Assembly (NCBI GenBank): GCA_002269645.1
Contig: NIVC01000962.1
Location: forward strand, 248,001 to 312,000
Length of the DNA: 64,000 nt
Direction of reading: 5' to 3'
DNA from: Macrostomum lignano
Taxonomy: Eukaryota
The notes under the pieces are model-generated. The model made no database searches, had not been told where the DNA came from, and saw only the letters and a list, made by a program, of their open reading frames with translations. This document shows positions 24,390 to 50,847 of this stretch, one piece after another; the stretch's first letter is position 1, and each line of letters starts with the position of its first letter. The position numbers and the translations under genes are program-made.

Positions 24390-25577
24390 GGAGTGTGGAA
24401 TCCTTCAACTGAGGATCTGGGAGTGTGGAATCCTCCGACTGAGGATCTGGGAGTGTGGAATCCTCCGACTGAGGATCTGGGAGTGTGGAATCCTCCGACT
24501 GAGGATCTGGGAGTGTGGAATCCTCCGACTGAGGATCTGGGAGTGTGGAATCCTCCGACTGAGGATCTGGGAGTGTGGAATCCTCCGACTGAGAATCTGG
24601 GAGTGTGGAATCCTCCGACTGAGGATCTGGGAGTGTGGAATCCTCCGACTGAGGATCTGGGAGTGTGGAATCCTCCGACTGAGGATCTGGGAGTGTGGAA
24701 TCCTCCGACTGAGGATCTGGGAGTGTGGAATCCTCCGACTGAGGATCTGGGAGTGTGGAATCCTCCGACTGAGAATCTGGGAGTGTGGAATCCTCCGACT
24801 GAGGATCTGGGAGTGTGGAATCCTCCGACTGAGGATCTGGGAGTGTGGAATCCTTCAACTGAGGATCTGGGAGTGTGGAATCCTCCGACTGAGGATCTGG
24901 GAGTGTGGAATCCTCCGACTGAGGATCTGGGAGTGTGGAATCCTCCGACTGAGAATCTGGGAGTGTGGAATCCTCCGACTGAGAATCTGGGAGTGTGGAA
25001 TCCTCCGACTGAGGATCTGGGAGTGTGGAATCCTCCGACTGAGGATCTGGGAGTGTGGAATCCTCCGACTGAGAATCTGGGAGTGTGGAATCCTCCGACT
25101 GAGAATCTGGGAGTGTGGAATCCTCCGACTGAGAATCTGGGAGTGTGGAATCCTCCGACTGAGAATCTGGGAGTGTGGAATCCTCCGACTGAGAATCTGG
25201 GAGTGTGGAATCCTCCGACTGAGAATCTGGGAGTGTGGAATCCTCCGACTGAGAATCTGGGAGTGTGGAATCCTCCGACTGAGAATCTGGGAGTGTGGAA
25301 TCCTCCGACTGAGAATCTGGGAGTGTGGAATCCTCCGACTGAGAATCTGGGAGTGTGGAATCCTCCGACTGAGAATCTGGAGTGTGGAATCCTCCGACTG
25401 AGAATCTGGGAGTGTGGAATCCTCCGACTGAGAATCTGGGAGTGTGGAATCCTCCGACTGAGAATCTGGGAGTGTGGAATCCTCCGACTGAGAATCTGGG
25501 AGTGTGGAATCCTCCGACTGAGAATCTGGGAGTGTGGAATCCTCCGACTGAGAATCTGGGAGTGTGGAATCCTCCGA
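24390..25577. repeat. 30-bp minisatellite (GAGTGTGGAATCCTCCGACTGAG[G/A]ATCTGG), about 39 copies
   Basis: Direct reading; explains the repetitive ORFs on both strands. Confidence 0.95.
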
Positions 25578-25659
25578 TGCATCGCCTACCTCCCTGAGAC
25601 TGAAGCAGCACTAAGAACGCAATAAAGGCCACCACAGACGGAGAGAGAACTGATGCCCG

Positions 25660-27131
25660 TCACTCCGATGGACCGCACGCCAGCACCAGGTCGGCCACGG
25701 TGCGGGCAGCGGCAGGACAGGTCGGGCAGGAGTAGGGCAGGCTGGCAGCCAGGCAGAAGTAGCAGGAGGGTCCGCAGCGGCAGTCGCTGCTGCACAGAGT
25801 GGGCAGACAGGCCTCCTGACCGCACAGCCTGCAGCCGCCTGGACTACCGGAAGCGGCACCAGACGAGCCGTCACAGTCGTAGCCGCGTCTACCGGAAATG
25901 AATCGGCGAGCATCGGCAATGGCGCCGGCGGCGGCGTCGGCCAACTCGGCGAAGCTGTGCCAGACCAGCTCCCGATCGACGAATGCGAATGCCGCAGGCT
26001 GGTACAGCCTGGGCGGGCCCGGCGGGTGGCCCCAGCGGGCGCCCAGCAACCGGTGGACCAGGCTGACTGGGCGGCCGTGCCGCAGGAAGGCCAGGAGGTT
26101 GGCCAGCTCCAGCAAGCTCAGGGCGCCGGATAGAGCTGAGACTAGCGAGACGCTGGCGGCACCGCTGCTGCTGCCGCGTGCATTCTGAACAGGTTTGAAT
26201 GCCACATTTAAAGTACATTTGAGAAATGGAGCCCACCGTATCCGAAATCTACAACCAAAGAATAGAATCCACACCCCGGGGGCTGCGGGCACCCTAACGC
26301 AATGCCCTTCGACGACATTGAACCACATCAAGCGCTGACTCCTGAGCACAATCCAACAAACTACTCTGAACAAAGACTGGAGATTCACGGCCAGGTTTTG
26401 AGCACAATCCAACAAACTACTCTGAACAAAGACTGGAGACTCACGGCCAGGTTTTGAGCACAATCCAACAAACTACTCTGAACAAAGACTGGAGACTCAC
26501 GGCCAGGTTTTGAGCACAATCCAACAAACTACTCTGAACAAAGACTGGAGATTCACGGCCAGGTTTTGAGCACAATCCAACAAACTACTCTGAACAAAGA
26601 CTGGAGACTCACGGCCAGGTTTTGAGCACAATCCAACAAACTACTCTGAACAAAGACTGGAGACTCACGGCCAGGTTTTGAGCACAATCCAACAAACTAC
26701 TCTGAACAAAGACTGGAGACTCACGGCCAGGTTTTGAGCACAATCCAACAATCTACTCTGAACAAAGTCTGGAGACTTACAGCCTGCCTCAGCCTCAGCC
26801 AGTCCCGCCAGTAGCCAACCAGACACAGGGCTGTCAAGAATTTCAACCGAGTCGCGTAGCCACCAGCTGCTCGGGCCGTCAGCAGTTCCAGTCCGTAAAG
26901 CTTTGCGCCAAAAGTTGCGGCAGGCCCGCTGGTGCCGCACAGCATGGCGCCACATAGCAGGAATCGAACTGCCGACCTCAGCTCGATAGACCAATCGGAA
27001 ACTAATGGCTGCACCAGGCTCAGGGCGTCCAGAATCCGGTCAGCCAGCAGGGCTGTCATGTCCTCATCAAGGTCATCGGCCTCCAGCTGGCTGACACGCA
27101 GCGCCTGCACTGTGGCTGGTTCAGTGGCAGC
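25660..27131 (-). CDS. PEX2: Peroxisome biogenesis factor 2; exons 27131-26781 and 26184-25660; no ATG found in the first exon
   Basis: LRVSQLEA, ATFGAKLYGL, NLLAFLRHG...LVHRLLG, VDRELVWHSFAE and a C-terminal RING (CRLC...CYFC...CPTC) match PEX2. GTAAGT donor and TTCAG acceptor join in phase 0. Confidence 0.88.
26345..26780. repeat. 56-bp tandem repeat (about 7.7 copies) in the PEX2 intron
   Basis: Units at 26345, 26401, 26457 and onward. Confidence 0.92.
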
Positions 27132-27949
27132 CTGGAGAGTTAGATAGCAAAGTACAAAAACAGGAAAAAATTAATGCTACAAAAATTTCAGTGGCCTAAT
27201 CATAAGCCTATATGCTGTGTGTGTGTTGCCAATAGAAGGTTGCGCCCAAGCATGTCTAGATAGGTAATTTTTATCATAAGCATAAACATGTGTTTAGGCC
27301 AACTTTGTCTAATAAGTCTTGATTTAAACCCTTACTTGACAATAAGTGAAATAACAGTGTATAAAAGTTATAAATGTGCAACACCTGGCTGGCTAGTGAG
27401 GGACCCAGCCGAGGTAAGTTGCAAAAATGCCCACCCAAAAATATAGTCATAGTTACTTTTGCTGTTTACCCAAAGTTATATTAGTTTTTGCTTAGGTTTC
27501 TTTCATAGGTAAGTCACATTTTTGGTCAAAAAGTAAGTTGCATGGCTGGTATAAATCAGAGGGGGGTTGTAATAAGAGCCATAGTCTGGATCATGCTGGG
27601 TGCATGCCCAAACAAAAATTGAATAACTATAAATGCATGCCGAAAAAAATTGAGTGCACACCTATTCTCAAAACTATGTGACAATAAATGACCTTTTTTA
27701 ATTGCACAATACTTGTAGATCCTATTTGGCACGTAATTTAGTTAATTTTAATGCTTTTTCAGCAATACATTTAAAGTGGAAAATCAATACATGCAAAGAT
27801 TTGTTTATATGCTTTATTATGAGGTTTAAAAAACCAGAAATTTTTAAATATATGCTTTAAAATGAACTTTTTTTATCTTTTTTCTACTTCACAATAACTC
27901 TTCTGCGTGATTCTATAAAGTGCATGCCAGGTGTGCACTGCGTGCCGGA

Positions 27950-28430
27950 CGACATTGAGGCTGCAATATTCTGCTGAGGCACTGACAGGCAGGCGACCAA
28001 ACTCCCACGATGTCAGCAGTTTGTCTACCTTGGCAGTCTGGTTCCAGACGCTTGCGAGGACCTGCGACGCCGCCGCGGGCTTGCCTGGGCTTCCTTTTGT
28101 TCTGTGAGGGCAGTCCTGCAGTCCGAGGCCCTACCGGACCGCCAGAGGGCAGCACTGTTCTAGGTGGTAATCAAGACTATCCTGCTGTACAACGCCGAGA
28201 CCTGGACGCTGACGGACTCACTCGAACAGCAAATTGATGCGGCGCACGCTGGCCTGCTGTGCGCCACCTTTAACATTGGCCTCGAGCAAGTCACCAACAT
28301 GGCACTCTATTACCACACTGGCCTGCCATGTCCAAGTGATCTACTGCGCTGTCGGTGACTCCAGCTCGCAGGCCATCTCATCCGTGCCGAGTCCCAATTT
28401 CAGGTCCTACCTGTCCACCCCCTGGCGCAA
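27950..28430 (+). mobile_element. Degenerate 3' fragment of an RTE-like non-LTR retrotransposon
   Basis: Reading FVYLGSLV...(stop)...ILLYNAETWTL...(stop)LQLAGHLIR, typical of the post-RT region of RTE elements; contains internal stops. Confidence 0.7.
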
Positions 28431-30517
28431 GCTATGATGTAATTTTTGCCCTTTTTCTGATTTAACCATCCTATTTTCTGGTTTTGTATGCCCCTTTTCT
28501 GGATATTTTGTTTTTTTCTATGCTTTTTTACGGAGTTTTTCTTTTGCCACATTTTGGACCCTGGTGTCCTTGCCCCTTCCCATTTTCTTGGCTACATTGG
28601 CCACTTTTTGCTTTGCATTTTGGTATATATATAACTCCGCCTTCTGCGCCTGTCTCGAACCCCGAACCCGGACCTTTCTCTTGCTCTTCCTCCTCTACCC
28701 TTTGTTTCCCTTAACTCAAACAACTTAATATTGCTAACTTAAATTCTTTTTAATCTGTGCTCAACCAGCCGTGACTTAAGTTTTAATTAGTTTAGAGCCC
28801 GCACTGTGGTACCCCCATTCATTTGATTGTTGAGTTGACTCTCTTGTGTACAAAATAATAATTTTGTTGGACACCAATAAATAAGCAACAACTTTGTTTC
28901 TTTGGTGTATTACTAGAATTAAGAGCCATAGTTTAAGTTAAGTCTTTTGCCTGTGGGGCGTAAAATAACCCTGTCTTAACTCAAAGAAAGCTCTAAGACT
29001 TCAACATTCCATAATATGCAAATTACGGGGGTGGCAGTGGCAGCGCTACTCTATTGTTAGTAATGAGACAAACATACGAAGTACATTAATTTGGTGTCTA
29101 AAGACCCACATCTGAATGCTTGCACCAAACTAGGACCGCTCGCCTACGACTAAAACTACCCTCCCTGGAATTGAAGACCTTGGTAGCCAGAGTACCAAGA
29201 GAAATTTCATTGAGATTCATCAGTGTGATTTTCTGGATCTAATATGTGCAAACTCAATGTTGGCAACAATTCAAAATTAAACCACCCCACAGTTGGTGTC
29301 AGCTAATGTCAAGCAAGCTAAGTTCAAATTATATTTCCATTTCTTTACCCCTACCTTATATTATATACATCTTTTTCTTAGAAACACCTCACTTTAAACA
29401 AGACAAGTAGTATACTTCCTTTTCAAAACTGACCTATTTAAGCAAGGCATCAAATTACAAGTGACCAATCTAGAGATTTAATTCAGTTTAAATGTGAAAT
29501 TATACACACATTATTTGTCACCAAAATGGATGTTAGGCTTACTAAACTGATTGTCACCAAAGTAGGATAACCATAATTCTTGCCTAAAACAAAAAGACAA
29601 AATACATCAAGGCAAAGCGTGGCTAGTAGGCCTAGGCCTAGCTAGCTTGCTGCCTTGCTTAGGCATTTAGCTTCCTGCCTTAGAAGGCAAAGGCTTAAAA
29701 TTAAATGTCAATAAATATTAAAAGACAAACTTAATCCAAATCACCCAACATTAGTATTTAATAAACAAAAAATGGTGCCATTTGGCATCCTATGTCAATG
29801 CCAAATTGAAAAGTAGAATGCTAGCTGAAAACAGTCAAAATTTTTATTAAGTTGTCTCGATACGAAAGTACAAAACTGGTTCTATGACTAGGACTATAAT
29901 AGCATTATTTGCATTTATAAAAAAGAAGCATTCTGGTGTCATAGGGTCTAAATTTATACACAGAAAAAATGACTAGTGGCACAGTGTCAGTCAATGTGAC
30001 ATCTGCCATCAAGATACAAATTACAAGACGAGGTCGCGCACACTAACTAACTAGATTAATTATTTTTGAACTCTGTGACGTCGAAGTTAGTATTAAAATG
30101 GTGCGTTTTTTGTAAGTAGCTTTGCAAAAAGCACTCCCTTAAAAGTTAAAAATTGTAACAACACCCTGAAGCCGAGTTGAGTTGATTTTCAAAGAAAGAT
30201 CGATGACTAAGTGTTTAATTCATCGTCAATATTTTTTGTTAACTTTTACAATGTCCGCGAAAACTTAACTTTCTAAGAATAATACAATTTTCGTGTCGAA
30301 ACCGGCTATTTTTGTAGTCTGTCTGCTGTGGTTAGTTTCGGTATTTGAGGAGTAAAGATCTTATCCGACGGCCCTCCTTTGTAAGAAGCTCAGCTACACC
30401 CACCTGTTAATCTTTTAGACTGACGGCTGACGCACAAACTTCAGTCTTCTATTCAGCAAATTAGGCCCCTACTATCTCATAGTATCTCATAATAACTAAA
30501 CTAAATCAAAACTAAAG

Positions 30518-36883
<6,366 letters not shown>

Positions 36884-37024
36884 TCTTGGAATTTTGGTTT
36901 TATCGATTTAAACTTTTTTCTGCTTGCGTTGTCATGGTGAACAGACTTTAGCGTTAAGCTTTAGTTTTGAATGAGTCGCATCTTTGTATGCAATTCCGTA
37001 TTCACGTTGCTTTGTAATGGTTAA

Positions 37025-37690
37025 GATTTGAGGTCTGACATCTATCTCATGGGTGAGATTTGAGATCTGACATCTATCTCATGGGTGAGATTTGAGATCT
37101 GACATCTATCTCATGGGTGAGATTTGAGATCTGACATCTATCTCATGGGTGAGATTTGAGATCTGACATCTATCTCATGGGTGAGATTTGGGATCTGACT
37201 TCTATCTCATGGGTGCGATTTGAGATCTGACATCTATCTCATGGGTGAGATTTGGGATCTGACTTCTATCTCATGGGTGCGATTTGAGATCTGACATCTA
37301 TCTCATGGGTGAGATTTGGGATCTGACTTCTATCTCATGGGTGCGATTTGAGATCTGACATCTATCTCATGGGTGAGATTTGGGATCTGACTTCTATCTC
37401 ATGGGTGCGATTTGAGATCTGACATCTATCTCATGGGTGAGATTTGGGATCTGACTTCTATCTCATGGGTGAGATTTGGGATCTGACTTCTATCTCATGG
37501 GTGATACTCGGGATCTAAAATCTATCTCATGGGTGAGATTATGAATCAGAAATCTATTTTATAGGTAAGATTTGAAATCTGACATCTATTCCATGGTTGA
37601 GATTTAAGATCTGACATCTGTCTCGTGGTTGAGATTTAGGGTCTGACATCTATCTCATGGGTAATACTTGGGATCTGACATCTATATCAT
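37025..37690. repeat. 32-bp minisatellite (GAGATTTGAGATCTGACATCTATCTCATGGGT)
   Basis: Direct reading. Confidence 0.9.
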
Positions 37691-38053
37691 GATTACTTTC
37701 GGGAGCGATATTTCATCTCGAGCAGTGTCAGATCATGTCCATTATTTTCGACAGTCGTGCCATAAAAGACATTGGTTGGCTACTCACTGTTTGTCGTTGT
37801 TAAATTGAACTCGCTTATTGTGTTGAATTTCGTGTTTGCACATTATTAACCCCATGAATAGATATTTTACTATCCAATTATTTAATTGTTTTTATTGTTA
37901 TTGTTTTTGCGTACACGGAGTTAGAGTCTGTTCTGATGGACCGCTGCACACTCGCACTGTTGCAGTGCCCGTTTTGTACAGCCCTGTTCTCAAATCTTGC
38001 TTCCCTTTGCTCATCCACAATACTGGTATTCACCTATTCTTCCTAGGCCTTTG

Positions 38054-38087
<34 letters not shown>

Positions 38088-38089
38088 GC

Positions 38090-38137
<48 letters not shown>

Positions 38138-38166
38138 CATCTGCCTGTCTGCCCCTTAGCTGTAAT

Positions 38167-38788
38167 CACAGATACTAGAATAACTAGATGTGTCACTCGC
38201 AATGAAAATTGTGAAAAAGTAGAGCCTCTACTCTTTTTAAAGTAGTTGTCTGCGCTAATATAATTTAAATTTGATGTAGAAGGTAAAATTCCTTTCCTTC
38301 CTCAGGGCTTGCGGCCTCAAGAGCATATGGGATTAAGAATGAACAAGCATTTGTTAACTAAATGTACACAAATGAACGCAAGACGGACGAAACTCAGCCT
38401 AGGGGGGGGGGGGGCAGGCCCAATCTAGCTCAGCCAATGAGAGAGCAGTAGAGAGATGTCTGGGCGCCAGCACTAATTCTCTCTTGCTCTCTATGCCAAG
38501 CACTGAATTTGGAAATTTTACATTTTTATAGTTCTCTACAGTCTTAAGTCTTAAATTCGTTTATTTTTGAACCGGTAAAACTCAGCAGACATGCTTATTT
38601 AATTAGCCTGCTTGTAGAATTAGACACAGACAAATTTTGCAGCTTTAAAAACTTTAAATTTCGTTCAAAAGTAGATAAATTTTAATTTCACTTTTATAAA
38701 GGCAAAAAACGCTAATTTTGCTACTGAAAAAATGAGTAGAGAAACGCATTTTTTGCGAGTGACACATCTAGTTATTCTAGTATCTGTG
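38167..38788. mobile_element. Non-autonomous DNA transposon (622 bp), P-element-like or hAT
   Basis: Perfect 36-bp TIRs CACAGATACTAGAATAACTAGATGTGTCACTCGCAA (38167-38202 and 38753-38788). Perfect 8-bp TSD GCTGTAAT at 38159-38166 and 38789-38796. Confidence 0.85.
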
Positions 38789-39339
38789 GCTGTAATAGAG
38801 TTTCGCCTTTGCAAAGTTATTTACACAACATATCGGTTGCTTGTTGGAGTCCTTAGTTTTGATTGTAATTTGATAATTTATTAGCTGTGTGGGAATTGTT
38901 ATAAAATTTTCCCACAGCCTAATGTCAAAGAGTTTGACTTTCAAAAAATATTTATTTTTCAGTTTCTGACTGAAGCATTATTGTGTTGTCTTCACATTTG
39001 TTTTAAAGTGCTTGATTGCTGTATTTATTTGCATATTCGTATAGCTAATTCAATAATGTAGCAATCATACATAATATGGGAACGATGTAGCATTCTATCG
39101 TATTTCAGCACTATGCTGCATACTGTATCATATGCTATAACTTCGACAATTTTAATAAAAATTTAACAAAGATTGTGAGTCTTCGTTTCGCGGTGTCGTT
39201 CTGTCTACTGCTGGCCTCTTGCTTGTCGCCGCATTTCGCTATTGGCTTCGGTAGTTTCCTTTGTTCACTTCTTCACCCACCGCATCTGCACCTGCCGCTT
39301 TGACACTTCAATTTTGTGTCCGTCTGTGCCTCTTTGTGT

Positions 39340-39342
39340 CCC

Positions 39343-39375
<33 letters not shown>

Positions 39376-39418
39376 TTCTGCCTGCCTGTCTGTCTGTCTG
39401 TCTGTCTGCCTGCCTGCC

Positions 39419-39459
<41 letters not shown>

Positions 39460-39525
39460 GCCTGTCTGTCTGCCTGTCTGTCTGTCTGTCTGTCTGTCTG
39501 CCTGCCTGTCTGTCTGTCTGTCTGA
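39340..39525. repeat. (GTCT)n microsatellite
   Basis: Direct reading. Confidence 0.9.
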
Positions 39526-40049
39526 CTGTCATGGAAGACTTATTTCTTAACCGGCAGGCGTAGCAGCAGTCGCAGCGCCTCGCCCGCTTCCTAGCTAACT
39601 GTAAAATGTATTTGCAGAACAACTATTCCATTCTTATAGCTGTATAAGCTAATTGCTGTCGGTAAACTTCAAAGCTTGTTGATAACGTGAATTTAACGCG
39701 CAGTTCGTAGAGCTGCTAAGGGGGTCTGCAACTGGGCCACTTGCACTACCTAATGTACAAAATGTTGCACAATATTTTTATTCATTTGAAAATTGAGTGA
39801 TTTATGTAGCCATATTGTAAGAATTCTTGTACCAATGTTAGGGGTCTGCGGACTGTTTTGTTTTTCTTTCTGGTAAATTGTGCTTTTCGTGTTCCGCGGA
39901 GATTCATAAGTTTTCATAATGGCTTTTTTCTTTTTTTGATTAAAATTTTGGCTGCAATAAAACAGGTTTTAGGGTGGTCTGACCTTCCCAGCATAGGATG
40001 GCATTGATTCTGTATTCTAAATCAATGGGATCAAGTGACCTCCCTCGCT

Positions 40050-40355
40050 TGTCATTTAGTAGATTAGATTCTATATCGGAGTCAGGTAACCTCCCTCCAT
40101 AATATCAGATTCTATCTTGGGGGGGTCAAGTGACCTCCCTACATAATATCAGATTTTATATTGGGGGTCAGGGGACCTCCCTGCATAGTATCATATTTTA
40201 TATTGGGGGTCAGGTGACCTCCCTGCATAGTATCAGATTCTATATTGGAGGTTCAGGTGACCTCCCTTCCCAATATCAGATTTTATCTTGGGGAGGGGTC
40301 AAGTGACATCCCTACATTATATCAGATTCTATATTGGGGGATCAGGTGACCTCCC
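40050..40355. repeat. Degenerate tandem repeat of about 45 bp (GGTCAGGTGACCTCCC...ATCAGATTCTATATTGG)
   Basis: Direct reading. Confidence 0.75.
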
Positions 40356-40464
40356 TAGAACAAAGCCAGGGGATTAGGTAGGCCTAGCAGCAAGGTACAG
40401 CCCAATTTTTTTCCTTCGAGTGAAACCAGTCAAACTAGGAAAACCCGTTGACAACTACCGGCAT

Positions 40465-40478
40465 GTTACCATGGCAAC
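40465..40478. promoter_or_regulatory. RFX X-box motif
   Basis: GTTACCATGGCAAC is a near-palindromic canonical X-box just upstream of the SLC25A35 coding region. Confidence 0.5.
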
Positions 40479-40484
40479 CCGCAG

Positions 40485-48581
<8,097 letters not shown>

Positions 48582-48734
48582 GGCGGTTTTTGTTGCATTC
48601 TTCCCTGTGGGGATCGGATCCTGACTCTCTCTTGTGGGTTGCCTGTTGTATGAGGTCGTTGCCGTGACAGAACGCGACATGGGGTCACTAGATATGGGGC
48701 CACTCAGGCATATAATACTTAGTAAACCAGCTTT

Positions 48735-49086
48735 CTACTTTCAGTTCAGTAGCAAAGAAAAATACATAAGCTATTTTATAAAAATAAAAGCCGCTGAAAT
48801 GACCTTGATAAGTTTAGAAGCCCAAGCTTGCAGGCGCGTAAACAACTGCTAATTGGGTCAGAAGTAATGTAAATTGGCCAGTCCACTGAAATGTACATGG
48901 CAGCTTTAGGCTGGAATTCCGAGAAAGGCAATAAAACTTGGAGCGGGGCCGTGGGGTAGGTCGTAGTGTGAAAGGCGCGGTTGGAGGGTTCGGGCTGAGG
49001 AAGGGGGGAAAGCGCCAATAAATGAGCCTTGGCTTTAAAAATACATTAAAATGCTTCTGTTTAACTTACTACTGAACTGAAAGTAG
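48735..49086. mobile_element. Small MITE-like element (352 bp)
   Basis: Perfect 18-bp inverted repeats CTACTTTCAGTTCAGTAG and CTACTGAACTGAAAGTAG, flanked by TTT on both sides. An alternative reading is a TA TSD with 15-bp TIRs. Confidence 0.6.
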
Positions 49087-49544
49087 TTTACACGCAAATG
49101 TGCTGCAGTTCTGTGTGCCAGCACTGGTGCAAATGCAGTTTGAATTATTGCTACCTGACGCTTTAGCAATTACAGGTGTTTGTACAGATGAAAACAATGT
49201 ATAACTTTAAACTGAATAATTATGCTACTCATGTTAGTAGAAATTTGGAAACTTTGCAACTCTAATAATTCAAGTCCTGAGGCGAACGTTATTTTGAAGC
49301 ATTTTGAACATTTGTCGTTTCAAGTTTAATTCATCAGGTAAACGTAGACTGCCAGCATTTTTGCTTACAGATAAACAGCTGCACTGACTGCCTTCGGAAT
49401 TTGCTGTTCTTAGTATTTTTCCAACTATTTTTAATGTTCACTTAGCACTTAATTACTGTTGTCAACTTTTTATGATATAAATGCTTGGTTTTGCAGACAA
49501 CTGGAAAACAGGCAATGATAATTCATTCTTGCATTGATTTCATA

Positions 49545-50755
49545 CATGTGTCCTAGTGTCTGTCCTAGTGTGTCTGTCCTAGTGTGTCTGTCCTAGTGTG
49601 TCTGTCCTAGTGTGTCTGTCCTAGTGTGTCTGTCCTAGTGTGTCTGTCCTAGTGTGTCTGTCCTAGTGTCTGTGTGTCCCTATGTCCCTGTGTCTGTCCT
49701 AGTGTTTTTGTGTCCCTGTGTCCTAGTGCCTGTGTCCTAGTGTCTGTGTGTCCTAACTCCTAGTGTCTGTGTGTCCTAGTGTCTGTGTGTCCTAACTCCT
49801 AGTGTCTGTGTGTCCTAGTGTCTGTGTGTCCTAACTCCTAGTGTGTTTGTCCTAGTGTGTCTGTCCTAGTGTCTGTGTGTCCCTGTGTCTGTCCTAGTGT
49901 CTGTGTGTCCCTGTGTCTGTCCTAGTGTCTGTGTGTCCCTGTGTCTGTCCTAGTGTCTGTGTGTCCTAGTGTCTGTGTGTCCTAGTGTCTGTGTCCTAGT
50001 GTCTGTGTCTTAGGGTCTGTCCCTAGTGTCTGTCCTAGTGTCTGTAGAGTCTGTGTCCTAGTGTCTGTGTCCTAGTGTCTGTCCTAGTGTCTGTGTGTCC
50101 TAGTGTCTGCGTGTCCTAGTGTATGTGTGTCCTAGTGTCTGTACCTAGTGTCTGTGTCTCAGTGTCCCAGTGTCTGTGTGTCCTAGTGTCTGTGTCCTAG
50201 TTTCTGTGCCTAGTGTCTGTGCCTAGTGTCTGTGTCTCTGTGTCCCAGTGTCTGTGTGTCCTAGTGTCTGTGTGTCCTAGTGTCTGTGCCTAGTGTCTGT
50301 GTCTCAGTGTCCCAGTGTCTGTGTGTCCCTGTGTCTGTGTGTCCCTGTGTCTGTGTGTCCTAGTGTCAGTGACCTAATGTCTGTGTGTCCTAGTGTCTGT
50401 CCTAGTGTCCGTGTGTCCTAGTGTCCGTGTGTCCTAGTGTCCGTGTCTGTGTGTCCTAGTGTCTGTGTCCTAGTGTCTGCCTAGTGTCTGTGTGTCCTAG
50501 TGTCTGTGTCTTAGTGTCTGTGTCCTAGTGTCTGTCCTAGTGTCCGTGTGTCCTATTGTCCCAGTGTCTGTGTGTCCCAGTGTCTGTGTGTCCCAGTGTC
50601 TGTGTCCCAGTGTCTGTGTGTCCCTGTGTCTGTGTGTCCTAGTGTCAGTGACCTAATGTCTGTGTGTCCCTGTGTCTGTCCAAGTGTCCGTGTGTCCTAG
50701 TGTCCCAGTGTCTGTGTGTCCCAGTGTCTGTGTCCCTGTGTCTGTGTGTCCCAGT
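49545..50755. repeat. Low-complexity (GTGTCTGTGTGTCCTA)-type repeat
   Basis: Direct reading. Confidence 0.9.
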
Positions 50756-50847
50756 GTCAGCATTGCAGCTGTCCTACACAATTTATGCTGTCTTCTGTCG
50801 CACCAAAGCCCGAATCGCTGCACCAAAGAGCCTCCGAGGTCGCCGCG

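Noticed and set aside
24331-25635. Several 350-430 aa repetitive ORFs
   Set aside because: Translations of a 30-bp minisatellite.
26345-26780. Regular repeats superficially like a CRISPR array (also 22081-22307)
   Set aside because: Head-to-tail units with no unique spacers, eukaryotic intronic context and no cas genes.
39170-39600. GC-richer patches flanking a (GTCT)n repeat that might be small exons on the minus strand
   Set aside because: No recognisable protein and no convincing in-phase splice model.
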